Shown: one piece after another, positions 45,988 through 59,275 of the stretch
Layout of the letters: each line of letters starts with the position of its first letter
Position numbering within the stretch: position 1 is the stretch's first letter
Source: Eledone cirrhosa
Taxonomy: Eukaryota
Reading direction: 5' to 3'
Assembly: GCA_964016885.1 (NCBI GenBank)
Contig: OZ024740.1
Span: 270,382,001 to 270,446,000 of the forward strand
DNA length: 64,000 nucleotides
Notes under the pieces: model-generated
Databases searched by the model: none
Told to the model about the DNA's origin: nothing
Seen by the model: only the letters and a program-made list of their open reading frames with translations
Translations under genes and position numbers: made by a program

Positions 45988-48565
45988 TGTGTCTGTGTGC
46001 GTGTATAGCAGCGTAATTCGTGGTGGCAGGGGTGGTCAGTAAGAATGTGTCTGAAAGCAATGGGGGGTATTTTAGCATGTCAAAAGATATTTTTCAGCTT
46101 TTGTCTTATACGGAGAAGTGCGTGTGTGTGTGTGTGTCACAAGACAGGGAGGAGAAACCGATAGTAATAAAAATTATCAATCTTACTAGTGCAGAACCAA
46201 CACCCAACCTTATCAACTTACTCTCCAAAGGTCTTAAATTCACACCGACCCCACTACGTCCTAACTACTATGAAATGAAGGAAGACATCACAGACTTCTG
46301 TAGAAAGTTACGACTTAGTGAACAACTATTCGACCAGTACAATGAGGATGAATCATTAGCCAGAAATAGAAGCAATTACACCCCTTCAAAAGGTAGAAAT
46401 AAAATCCTGGACGAATTCTGTGAACACATCACACACTTCCCTTACCAACACTTGCACAGACAAAAACACAAGCCAAACCTCAACAAGAAAGAATGGGAAG
46501 AATTAAATAGATTAAAAACCGACAGAACCATTACAATTAAAGAGGCTGATAAAGGGAGTACAGTAGTCCTAATGGAGACAGAATTCTATATCAACTTAGC
46601 GCTCTCCACTTTGGAAAACGAAACATACTACGAAAAGGCTGAACACTACAATCAACAGAAAATTATGAGAAACCTAAAAACTCTAATCAACCAATACAAA
46701 GAAGGACTCACTAACAAGGAATTCAGCTTTATCACAGACTTCACAAGTAAATCCAGCCTTTTCTACGGTATCCCTAAAGTACATAAAAGCGAATCAATAA
46801 GTAAGGCATGCAAGGAAGCCACAGACATAGTCATCAATGTCCCCTCACCCAATGATCTCAAATTAAGACCTATAATAGCAGGCCCCGCTTGCGAAACGCA
46901 CCGTCTTAGCAACTTCATTGATACCCTTCTCAAACCCTTCCTCAAGCACATCAAAAGCTATATAAGGGACAACCTAGATATGCTCAATCACCTCCATAAT
47001 ATGCCACTTTCTGAACAAACCCTACTAGTGACGTTCGATGTAGTCAACCTATACTCCAACATCCCCCACAACCTAGGAATAGAAGCTATCCAATTCTGGC
47101 TGGATAATTTCCACAATGAACTCCCACAACGCATCAAAAAAGAATTCGTGATAGAGGGACTCAAATTTATCTTGGAGAACAATTACTTCGTTTTCAATAA
47201 CAAACCCTACAGGCAGAAATCTGGGACCGCTATGGGAACGAAAACAGCCCCCACTTATGCCAACCTAGTCATGGGATACCTGGAAATCACCCTCTACACT
47301 AAAGTCCTAAACAAATTTGGAAACACCCTCCACTTACACATTGAAAGGAACTGGAAGCGATATCTAGATGACTGCTTCATCCTTTGGCACGAAAACATCG
47401 AAAAACTTAAAGAATTTCACACTCTTATAAATGGGTTCAACACAAACATTAACTTCACGATGGAATACAGCCATCAACAACTCCCCTTCCTCGACATCCT
47501 CATTAAAATCCATAACAAAAAAATAGAAACAGACATATACTACAAGCCCACAGACTCCAAGCAATATCTCCCCTTCAACTCTTGCCACCCTAGACACGTT
47601 AAAATTAATATTCCCTACAACTTAGCAAAGAGAATCTGTACTATAGTCTCCAATAAAAACATCTGCTACTTACGGCTACAAGAACTAAAGGACACACTCA
47701 TAGGCAGGGACTACCCTGCATCACTAATTGACAATGGAATCCAACGTGCCCTAAAACTCAGTACCCAGGACCTTAGACACCCTAAAGTAAATCAACCAAA
47801 ACTAAAAGCTCTTCCATACATCTCCACACACAACCCCCTCAACAATGAGGCCTTTGACACCATCCTCCAGAACATCCCTGTATTAAAAAAGGACCATAGA
47901 ATGAACCAAATTCTACGAACACACGATATCATAAAGAGCAAAAGACAATCCAAGTCAATGAAAAACATCTTAACACATGCCAAAGTACTGCCAACCACAA
48001 CAACGAAACCCACAATAAAAAAAATGCGATAGACCCAACTGTGGCATTTGCATCAACCTAACAGAGGGTTCGGAATTCTATTTCAAAGAAGGACAACGTT
48101 TTATAGTAAAACACAATTTCACATGCGCATCAGAAAATCTAATATATGTATTAACTTGCTCAGGTTGTCGAGAACAATACATAGGCCAGACCAAAAACAG
48201 CCTCCGCCAACGCTTGACTGTCCATAGATCCCAAATCAAAATACGGGAATACAGGAAAATACCACTGAGTGAACACATTGATACCTGTGCCGCCCAAAAT
48301 CATCCCAACTTCAGAATCTTTCCCCTCTACAAATTTAAAGATAATGCCACCCACACCCAGCGCATCAGCAAGGAATCTTACTTCATTAACAAATACGGAC
48401 CCCGTCTAAACACTTCTCCCTAAGACGAACCCACAACATACACACGTCAACATACATACCTACATCAGCACACATCTCTACCCACATATAAACACAATGA
48501 CATACGTAAACACACATGCTCTATGGTGCAACACAAAAAAATATATGTGCATATATATGTATGTA

Positions 48566-48623
<58 letters not shown>

Positions 48624-48771
48624 ATATATGTATGTGTATATATATATAGTGAATATCATTTCACACCTTTTTTTGTTAAGATTTTTGATGTTCTATTAAG
48701 AGAACCGATTTTACTGAAAAAATCGAATAATGTACACCATTTTACCAGGGGGGGGAAAAAATACTGGTCCA

Positions 48772-48811
<40 letters not shown>

Positions 48812-48995
48812 CACACACATACACACGCGTACATCAACATACAAAGAGACTTATATATACACACACACACACACACACACGCACTTCTCCGTATAAGACA
48901 AAAGCTGAAAAATATCTTTTGACATGCTAAAATACCCCCCCATTGCTTTCAGACACATTCTTACTGACCATCCCTGCCACCACGAATTACGCTGC

Positions 48996-49054
<59 letters not shown>

Positions 49055-49124
49055 ATCTTAATAGCCATTTGACACACATCGCTGCTAACCATTATCACAA
49101 CATCGAACACCTTACTACTACTAC

Positions 49125-49211
<87 letters not shown>

Positions 49212-49660
49212 TTGTTGTGAAAGAGTCATTTCTCAATCTTGGCGCAAAACCAATTTTTTATTCACATGACCTCTACCGACCAATCAAAATTGTTTTGACC
49301 ACAAGAATTTTTGCTGGAGCCACTTTTTTAACATAAAAACAGTCTTGGCGCAAAATCAATTTTTTACATTCACATGACCTCTACCGACCAATCAAAATTG
49401 TTTTGACCACAAGAATTTTTACAAATTGGAGCCACTTTTTTAACATAAAACTAATCAGATCAGAGCAAACAGCACGGACACTCTATCTCAAAATTATTTT
49501 TGAAAAGCATTTAGAAATGCGCAACCGGTAAAGACTTAAAAACTTAAAACCACAACTGAATACTAACCCATCCAATCACTAATACTCTTTTATTCCTAAT
49601 TAAACCATTTTTCAACTGTGAACAATTTGTCAGCATTTTCTATTCCGTTTACCAATATAT
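45345..49660 (+). mobile_element. Neptune-like PLE with inverted pseudo-LTRs
   Basis: RT/GIY-YIG at 46140-48423; 45383-46137 is an inverted copy of ~48865-49660. Confidence 0.88.
46140..48423 (+). pseudogene. PLE RT + GIY-YIG endonuclease (single frameshift in A-run ~48017-48024)
   Basis: IINLT, LLSKGLKFTPTP, ADKG, FYGIPKVHK, FDVVNLYSNI, GTAMGT, RYLDD, LPFLD. Shifted frame: CDRPNCGIC...NLIYVLTCSGC..YIGQT...R...H...E..FI.KY.P.LN. Confidence 0.9.
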
Positions 49661-50327
49661 ATAGGTATATATATATATATATTATTTTTATATTTTTATA
49701 TTCTTTTAATTTCCCCTCATCCTTAACAGCACTTTTCAACTGCATCTAACTCTTATTTATCATTTCTATATGTATTAGTATAATTTTATCAATATAAATA
49801 TACCCATCAATTAAATTAATTTATATTCTTTTCATAGATGTATATTTTTTTCACTAACACTCTTATCGTAAAACTTTAGTCACCTTAGATATTTGTATTG
49901 ACATTACTATTTTATAACAGTAACTACTTGTATACCTTTTACTGACCACCTGACCTATTTTCACCCCTAAAATAAGCTTCAATTACTACTATTTTACCAT
50001 TTGGCCAATTATTAACTTTCTATTGGTTAATTCAGAACCTCTTACCAAACAGACAGAATATATTAGATCTTTGTTGGTTTTATTCAATGAACAAATAAAA
50101 TTATTTCTGAGGTCAGCATAAGACCTATTTCTTCCCTAAAATAATCCTTCATTCATAATATTCTTTTCCATCCAAAACTGAAATCTACCTTCCTCTACCC
50201 ATAATTTAAGGTTCTTCTACTACTATATTACTATCTTAACCCTCACTATCTCTCTATTGGTCAATTCAAAACCTGTTCCCAAACAGACCAATTGTATTGA
50301 ATCTTGGTTTTTTTCAATAAACAAATA

Positions 50328-50469
50328 TCATTATTTCTGAAGACAGCATATATATGTGTAGGTATGTATATTCCCTCTGATAGTTTGTATAAATATTGTA
50401 CATAGATCTATAGAATATGCATACCAACTCTAACACATATATATCCTAGAAACGATCGTAAAATGATGA
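50328..50469 (+). ncRNA. Type I hammerhead ribozyme with 105-nt stem II
   Basis: TCATTATTT-CTGAAGA-[ATATATATGTG/CACATATATAT and GGTATGTATATTC/GAATATGCATACC helices]-GAAAC-GATC-GT-A-AAATGATGA. Confidence 0.78.
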
Positions 50470-50518
50470 ATTTTTTTAATATAAGGAACTGTTTCTTTGT
50501 TTATTCATTATTTTATTA

Positions 50519-50675
<157 letters not shown>

Positions 50676-50720
50676 AATATATATAAATATATATATATAT
50701 ACATAAATATATATAAATAT

Positions 50721-50771
<51 letters not shown>

Positions 50772-50848
50772 AATATATATAAATATATATATATATATAT
50801 AAATATATATAAATATATATATATATATATAAATATATATAAATATAT

Positions 50849-50898
<50 letters not shown>

Positions 50899-50985
50899 AG
50901 TATACTCCAGTCCTACAAACTGTAGAGTGCTTCTTATCCGATATCTGCATTGCTTTATTGTACTACAATAAAGCTCACCTCCTAC

Positions 50986-51065
<80 letters not shown>

Positions 51066-51069
<4 letters not shown>

Positions 51070-51600
51070 GATAAATCTACCAAGAGTTTACGGTAGTGTC
51101 CAATCCGTATGAAGAACTCAATGTATTCCGGATATCATGGAAAGAAGAGATGTAATGAAAATCCAATTTCGGTGAAAGATAAACGGTATACAGAGTCAAG
51201 ATAAAATATTAAACAAATAATGAACAAACAATTCCTTATATTAAACAAAAAAAGTTCACTATTTAACGATCGTTTCTAGGGTATATATGTGTTATAATTG
51301 GTATGCATATTTAACAGATCTATGTACAAAATTATACAAAATTATACAAATTATCAAGATTAAATATACATACCTAACTCATATATACGCCGTCTTCAAA
51401 ATCATTATTTCTGAAGACGGCGTATATATGAGTTAGGTATGTATATTTAATCTTGATAATTTGTATAATTTTGTATAATTTTGTACATAGATCTGTTAAA
51501 TATGCATACCAATTATAACACATATATACCCTAGAAACGATCGTTAAATAGTGAACTTTTTTTGTTTAATATAAGGAATTGTTTGTTCATTATTTGTTTA

Positions 51601-51608
<8 letters not shown>
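51066..51608. repeat. Palindromic Hydra-like pLTR remnant between TA tracts
   Basis: Arms ~51200-51397 and 51412-51608, essentially identical. The left arm extends to the conserved element end at 51066. Confidence 0.88.
51402..51554 (+). ncRNA. Type I hammerhead ribozyme with 116-nt stem II (mirror copy 51256-51398, minus)
   Basis: TCATTATTT-CTGAAGA-[116 nt]-GAAAC-GATC-GT-T-AAATAGTGA. Confidence 0.72.
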
Positions 51609-51644
<36 letters not shown>

Positions 51645-51645
51645 T

Positions 51646-54600
51646 ATATTGTTATACTTGGGGAGGGTCATATTTGTGTAATATTGCCAGAATTAATAAC
51701 AGAACACACTCACTGTTTGGTTGGTTTTCGCTTTTCGCTTCTGTGTCTTATATATCGGTAATCTAATTTATTCGGTCCTCAATGTTGCCATTGACTGACC
51801 GACGGTCAAAAATAATACAGATACAATATAGACACAAACACATATATATAGTTTATCAAAGTTCTTTCGTTGCACATCTGCAACATCGCCAGTGGTGCTA
51901 TTGTTTCCTCCCGTTACATTGTATGTCTACGCCATTTTTATTTAGTCTGTCTACATATTTATTTATTTATTTGTTTGTTTGTTTATTTTATTTTGTCTTC
52001 TTTGCGCATGCGTTTGCGTGTGTGTATAGTGTTTTGTTTGATGTGTGTTCGTGATTGCATTCTGTGTATTCTATGTATTCTATCTTTACTAGTGTGTGTT
52101 TATATGTGTTTGTTGTTATTGTGCTTGTGTATGTATTTATTTATTTATTTATCTATTTATTTATTTATTTATCTATTTATTTATTTATTTATACTTCTCT
52201 TAGGTCAGTGTTGTTTGTTTGGGTGTTGTTGTTATTCCATTCATTCTTTCTGTTTAGTGCAAAACGGAGCTGGAAAAGGGTTTCACAAAAATACGTTGGA
52301 ATGCAAAAGTAAACAACAACAACAAAAATAATAACGGTAGTAGTAATATAAACAATAACTCTGAGTATAGAAATAACAGCCATAACAAAACAATAGCTGG
52401 AGAGTGAGAAATAGTAATAATATTAACGATAGACAGAACAACAACAACAACCACAATAATAATAATAATAGAAACACTAACCACAGACACAGCAGAAGCG
52501 ACCACAGTAGTAATAACGGTAACAATACGAACAACAACAACAATAACCACAGTGGTAATAATGGAAATAATACATGTAGCAACATTAATGATAAACACAA
52601 CAAAAACAAGAAACATAATAAAAGTAACAACCACAATGGTAGAAATAACAGTAACAACAACAATAACGGTGAAGTAAACAACAATACATCTAGCAATCAT
52701 AACAATAATGATAATGCTAATGATAGGAACAACAACAACCACCATGATAACAATAATAGCAACACACACAACTATGACGATAGATATAATGACAACCCCT
52801 TAGAGAAACTATTTTTCAACCCAGCTGACAAAACATATAAGATGGGTAATATCTATCCTACGAGGTTACCCTTTAATAAAAGAGTTTGCATACCACAACA
52901 AATAGATGACGAGACAGAGGCACAGTTTACCATAGCTAGAAATAAGATTAGACAAATAGTAGACCGGTATACTAAGAGACAGAGCAGAACAGAGGCCCAA
53001 CAACTTGGGATGAAACCTGTAGAAGGCTTGGTTAGCCTCAAGCAGCGCACAAGGGATGGTGAGGTAGTATGTCTACCCACGGATACGTCTGGTAGGATGT
53101 CAATAGATAGCATGCCGAACTACATCAAGGCTATGCAACCCCACATCACCAACACGAGCGAAATTGCACAGCAAACACATGATGGGAGAGAGAAAATCCT
53201 CAACGCTCACATGATGATGTGGACTGACATCCTAAAGCCAAGCAGACGCACTGCCAACAACCTCCAGGCGTCTAGCAATGGCATACCACCCTTGTATGGG
53301 CTCCGCAAAGACCACAAGACAGTCGACGACCCGACAACAGGACCACCAACAAGACCCGTATGCGGAGCTAATATAGCTAGCAACTACCGGATCTCCTACT
53401 TCCACTCAATGGTTATACGCCCCATAATCAAGATGTCCCCAGATGTATGTGACAGTACAGAGGACCTCCTCAACAGAATCAGTGAGTGCAACAAAAACAG
53501 GAACCTATCCAACTGCATAATAGGCAGCATGGATGTGGTATCACTGTACCCATCCATTAACATTGATTTTGCTGTGGAAAAATGTGTGGAGATGATCATT
53601 GAGAGTGAGGCGGAGTTCTGCGACGTCGACACAGACGAACTGGGCCTCCTACTTAGACTTACCTACGACACTGACTACCTAGACAGCCATGACCTTAGAC
53701 GTTTCTGCCCTAGTAGACCCATAAGAGGTAGACCCCCCACCATAACCTCAATGGCAAAAGAGACTCCCATGGGAAGGTGGATTGGGTGGACCAAAGCTAT
53801 ACGGACCCCCCAAAACAATGATCAGGTAAGAAAAATGGTCGCACATGCAATAGGGGCTAGTATCAAAACTACCCTAAAGGGCCACATATTCAAGTTCAAC
53901 GAGAAGATCTACACCCAAAATGAGGGAGCAGCCATTGGCGTCAGTATAGCTGGTGATGTTGCCAACCTTTTTATGGCATGGTGGGAAAGGAGACTTAAAG
54001 ATCTCCTTAATGAGAGCTCCATAGACCTCATGTGCTCTCGTTACGTAGACGATATCAATATAGTTATAAGAACATCCCCACTAGAGAGCACTAACAAGTT
54101 TGATTTAGAACGTAGCACAATGGAAAGCATCCAGCAGATAGCTAATTCCATACACCAGAGTATAACTGTAACTATCGACTACCCTTCCAAACACCCTAAC
54201 AATAGACTACCTGTATTAGACACGGAACTCTGGATTAACACTATAGATGAGAGAGCCCAGATTCTCCACTCACACTATGCTAAACCCATGGCCTCCAAAT
54301 ACCTAATACTCAAAAACTCAGCAATGTCCAGTAGTGCTAAGTTTAATATTCTGATCGCAGATTTGGTACGAGTGATGAAGAATGTGTCCCGCATGTGCGA
54401 CCCAACAGAAATGGAAAGACACATCCAACACTTCATCAACCGCATGCAGTTCTCTGGCTACAACCAAAGAGACAGAGTCAGAGTATACGAAGGAGCCATG
54501 GAGAAGTATAAGACCCTCATAGAACTGGACATGAAAGGAATTTGCCCATTATACAGGAGCAAATCATGGAATAGCTTAGATAGGGCTAGACATAAGATAG

Positions 54601-55718
54601 GGAAAGCCACCTCATGGTACGACAACCAGAGATACCAGAGTGTCATGTTTGTGGAGGCTACCCCTGGAGGGAAATTAGCTAACCAGTGTAGAAAGGCCCT
54701 GAGAAAGACCCACTTAAAGATTAAGGTGGTAGAAAAGCCAGGAACCACCATAAAATCGCTGATAAGCAAAACCTACCCTTTTAAGAAAAGCCACTGTACT
54801 AATAGGAAATGTATCATATGTAAGGTAAACCCCCGGATAAACTGTAAAACAAGAAACGTAGTCTATAGCATAAGATGTACAGAGGGTACTTGCAGAAACA
54901 TGACAACAGCATACATAGGCGAGACAGCTCGTAGCATAGGTGAAAGGATAGACCAACACTGGGGGGAACTAAAAGGACGAAAAAACGTGTCAGTACTATA
55001 AGAACATGCCAGACAACAACACGACGGTAACATAGACAACATAGAAATTAGAATAATATCTAAACATAGAAATGACCCAGCAGATAGGCAAATCAGAGAG
55101 GCCAGTGAAATAGAACTTAGAAGGCCAAGACTAAACAGAAAGAATGAATGGAATAACAACAACACCCAAACAAACAACACTGACGTAAGAGAAGTATAAA
55201 TAAATAAAAAAATAGATAAATAAATGAATACATACACAATCACAATAACAACAAACATATATAAACACACACTAGTAAAGATAGAATACATAGAATACAT
55301 AGAATACAATCACGAACACACATCAAACAAAACACTATACACACACGCAAACGCATGCGCAAAGAAGACAAAATAAAATAAACAAACAAACAAATAAATA
55401 AATAAATATATAGACAGACTAAATAAAAATGGCGTAGACATACAATGTAACGGGAGGAAACAATAGCACCACTGACGATGTTGCAGATGTGCAACGAAAG
55501 AACTTTGATAAACTATATATATGTGTTTGTGTCTATATTGTATCTGTATTATTTTTGACCCTCGGTCAGTCAATGGCAACATTGAGGACCGAATAAATTA
55601 GATTACCGATATAAAAGACACAGAAGCGAAAAGCGAAAACCAACCAAACAGTGAGTGTGTTCTGTTATTAATTCAGGCAATATTACACAAATATGACCCT
55701 CCCCAAGTATAACAATAT
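51646..55718 (+). mobile_element. Naiad-like PLE with ~600-bp inverted terminal copy
   Basis: 51646-52258 is an inverted copy of 55130-55718; the ORF lies between. Confidence 0.8.
52404..55199 (+). pseudogene. Naiad-like PLE RT + GIY-YIG, premature TAA at 54999-55001; Asn-rich N-terminal segment
   Basis: LYGLRKDHK, RPVCGA, GSMDVVSLYPSI, GAAIG...ANLFM..W, RYVDD, DYPS...LPVLD, MQFSGY, FVEATPGG, C...CIIC, VVYSIRC...C...YIGETAR. In frame after TAA: EHARQQH...RQIREA...LNRKNEW. Confidence 0.85.
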
Positions 55719-56985
55719 TTGTTTCGACACACGATTTCATATAAAAAACCTCGCAAACGTCACCAGTACTGTTCATCCTGTTGTATGTATGTAAATATCC
55801 GTGCGCGGGATATCCCTGAGTACATTTTCTTGACAATCAATTGTTAATTGATTGTTTATTAATTAGGCAGGAATATACCATTATCTCTGTGTTAATCCTA
55901 TGTATTACTGTATGTGTGTAAAGTATCCGAGCGCGGGATATCCCTGAGCTAATTTTGCCTGACTGTTAATAGCGTATTGATTACTTGTTAATTAGGCAGG
56001 AATATATTATTATGTCTTTGTTAATCCTGTATCAATAATGTTATAATAATTTTTTGATAGTACATTATTAGATTACTGAAGCTACCTTATACCTTCTTAA
56101 AAATACATTTTATAATTATTGTCTTTTTGCTTATGTGTTTTCTTAATTACCACTTTCTTTAATCTTGCCCAACTTGATAAACTCTTTGAATTGCTCCCCA
56201 ATTAAATTACTTAAATTACTTAAATTAGTGTATCTATTATGCCTAAGTTGTATCTGTTGAAGCAGCCCATTGAAAATTCCTCGGATATCCCAAATACCGT
56301 AATTTTTAACTTTTAATTTATAATTTTCCTCAATTCGTTTATATATATCCTTAAAGGCTCGCTAAAATTTTAATTCTTCGAAGAGTCTCTCGGAGAAGGT
56401 TCCTATTAAAAATATTAAAGGGGCCTTTCCTGAGAGATTTATTAAAGGCTCTTTGAATTAACCTTTAATTGATTAGTTTCTTTCAACTTAGTAGGGAATA
56501 TCAAAACTTCGTAAGTTTTCTGAAAGTTGTTAACGTGATCTCGGGGGAAGAAAGTTTTTTTTCCTTTAGGAAAAAAATTTTTTCTCTCGAAGGAATTTCT
56601 TAGGAAACTTTATATTTTTTAGGGAAACTTTATATTTATATATTTATATTTTTATTTTTTTATTTTATTAGCCTCTTAATTTCTTCTAGTTTATTAGGTT
56701 TATTGGAGCCTGTAAGCTTTATGCACTTATTGAGGCATTTTTTAAGGTGCTTCTACGAGGTCCCAAGTCTTTTAATCTAATGTAATTTTTACTTTTAATA
56801 CGTAAATTATATATTATCTAATTTTTAACCTTCAATCCCTGACCCCGACAACTAATATAAAAGAGCCCCCTTAGAATATAGAAGCCAACTGTACAAGCGG
56901 AGCTGCTGATGTATACCACAATTTCAAACTGTTAGTCTTGAGTGATACGTTGATGTAAATAATGATCTTACAATCACATGTTATA

Positions 56986-57032
56986 TGCCTTGAAAAGTCC
57001 CACCATATGGTCGGACGAAACGGCTGTCGGCA
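56986..57032 (+). ncRNA. HHR core variant (TTGAAAA) followed by AATAAA
   Basis: TGCC-TTGAAAA-GTCC-CACCA-TA-TGGTC-GGAC-GAAAC-GGCT-GT-C-GGCA, with AATAAA at 57032-57037. Confidence 0.6.
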
Positions 57033-57089
57033 ATAAACTTGTTATAATGTCATAATAGTTCCTTTGTTCTTTTTCACTAATATATATAT

Positions 57090-57149
<60 letters not shown>

Positions 57150-57562
57150 TCACGCATGATGGTGAACTAGCCAGTTTTAAAATTCCCTTTTTGGCATATT
57201 AATCTGGGAGAGTCCTGGTTATCGAGTTGAGCTCTGCTGAGGATTGAATTCCAACCGCGACCATCTCCACTGAAAGTTTTCATGAAATAGCCTTTAAGAC
57301 TATACAGAGCATTTGAAGTTTTTCCAAATTGAAGGATGAGTATTTTAGACTTTATTTTATCATGAGTTAAGGCTCTATTGATTTTTCCCTGGATTTCACT
57401 AAATTCTGTGGATGAATTTATATCCTGATTCTCTTTGAGATGAGTTTGAATTATTTTTCCCACATCTTACGTTAACTATTTTTCCCATTTTGAAGCTATA
57501 GTCACTTATATATTATGAAGTGCTGTTGGCTTTTCGCTGCAGTGTTTTCTATACCTTTCATT

Positions 57563-57655
<93 letters not shown>

Positions 57656-57949
57656 AGAGAGAGAGAAAGAGAAGGATGAAGAGATTAGGATTTTTTCAAA
57701 ACGCTGATGTGCATATATATATACATTTATATGTATGAAAAATATAATAACATAATGCTTACAGAACGAAAACACAAACAAAGATAATATATACAAAGGA
57801 AAAAATAGAAATAGAAAAAAACACAGAAGCAGGTAGCACACACATCTAGCATCACATACAACAAAAGGCAGGCGAAAGGGGTGGACAAACGAGCAGCTAC
57901 CAGAGCAAAAGATAACAATATCACGAGGAGCACTGGGAAACCTCTTAAA

Positions 57950-58385
57950 TAATTTTTGAGGAAAGCAAGCACGCTCCCAGCGTTACCTCTAGTGATGGCG
58001 AGGCTGGGGTGATTGAACAACCAAGCGCCTCACGAGCATCACCAGGTACCTCGGTTAAGCGAGCCACCAGTGAAGATAAGAACCTCGCAGTCAGTAGCCC
58101 GACTCTCCCAAACGTCTCGAACGCCACAGGCTGGAAAATGTAGTTAGCAGACACATCATGGTATTTTAGGATTTTATTCCGCTCAGCTGTGCATGCGGTA
58201 GCTCTCGCCCTAACCGCTACATCCAGGATCAGGGAAGACGCAAAGGAATCTGTGGTATCCCAGATATTGCACATGCCTCTTGACCAGTGGCACAGGGTAA
58301 GACCGTCATGTATCCTCCCATCAATTCTAGACAACACAGACGATTCCAAAATTGAGTGGATGTTTGCCGAAGCCAAAGCCCTTAA
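57950..58385 (-). mobile_element. 3' fragment of a CRE-like non-LTR element (restriction-like endonuclease domain)
   Basis: R.DGLTL..W..G...WD...AE..K..KY...Y.FQPVAFETFG; C-terminal SLAITRGNAGSVL in a shifted frame. Confidence 0.7.
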
Positions 58386-58624
58386 GTGGTAATAGGACAG
58401 TGTGTGTATGTGCGCGCGCGTGAGTTTGTCAACATTCTTAAATTAAAGACGCGTGTGTGTATGTGTATGTGTCATATATATATATGTGTGTGTCATAGAT
58501 ATATATATATTCGTGTGTGCGTGTCACAGTTTTTAAGTAAGAGACATATATATGTGTGTATCCCCTTCCTTCCTTTTAAATACATTCACACAAACACTGT
58601 GTGACAGACGGATCGACAGAAGTC

Positions 58625-59275
58625 GCTCAAATTTATATACACGTGAATGGAGTCCCACTGAAGCAGGTGGAGAAGTTCAAGTATCTCGGGGCCATATTCA
58701 CGAGTGATAGAATGCAGGAGGCTGAATTAAGTGCAAGAATTGCAAAAGATGATGCAGTAATGCGCCAGCATCAGCATTCCGTAATCAGAAGAGAGGTAGG
58801 TGTGAAAGCCAAACTCGCTGTCTTCCTGTTATTCCTGCCAATCCTTACCTATGATCAATGATCTTGGGCAATGACCAAAAGAATATGATTTCAAATGCAA
58901 GCGGCCGAAATGGGGTTCCTCTGAAGGGTCTGTCGAGTAACTTTAGTCAATAAAGTACACATAGCTCGGAGATCAGAGAGTCACTCCAGGTAGAGATTAA
59001 GAGATCACAGCTCCGATACTATGGACATGTGGCTTGAATGCCTCAGTAAAGAATCGCTGGACACATTTTACAGGCAAAACCAACCGACAAGAGACCCAGA
59101 GGTAGACCTTGAGCAAGATAGTTGGATAACATCAATGAGCTTGGCTGGTCACACTTTGGGATCCAGCTGGATCAATTAGAGATGTTTGCTTCTGACAGAC
59201 AAGCTGGAAGGAGTGTTTGAGAAGGACTCTGCCCCCACGACCCTCTCAGAAATAAGTGGATGAAGAAGACGAAGA
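58625..59275 (+). mobile_element. Decayed 5'-truncated RTE fragment
   Basis: LKQVEKFKYLG...PILTY, later AAEMGFL, QLRYYGHV, RPRGRP; (GAA)n-like tail. Confidence 0.75.

Larger units (their letters stand above)
43827..50515 (+). mobile_element. Hydra-like PLE 3' fragment (GIY-YIG 43994-44518 + pLTR), interrupted by a Neptune-like PLE
   Basis: GIY-YIG closely related to 28679-29140. Inverted terminal piece at 43827-43950. The pLTR resumes at ~49663 and carries the long-stem HHR at 50328-50469. Confidence 0.7.

Noticed and set aside
54790-55199. Selenocysteine recoding in the Naiad-like GIY-YIG (reported for some Naiads)
   Set aside because: The Cys positions are TGT/TGC, and the only internal stop is TAA at a non-Cys position, so this is an ordinary nonsense mutation.
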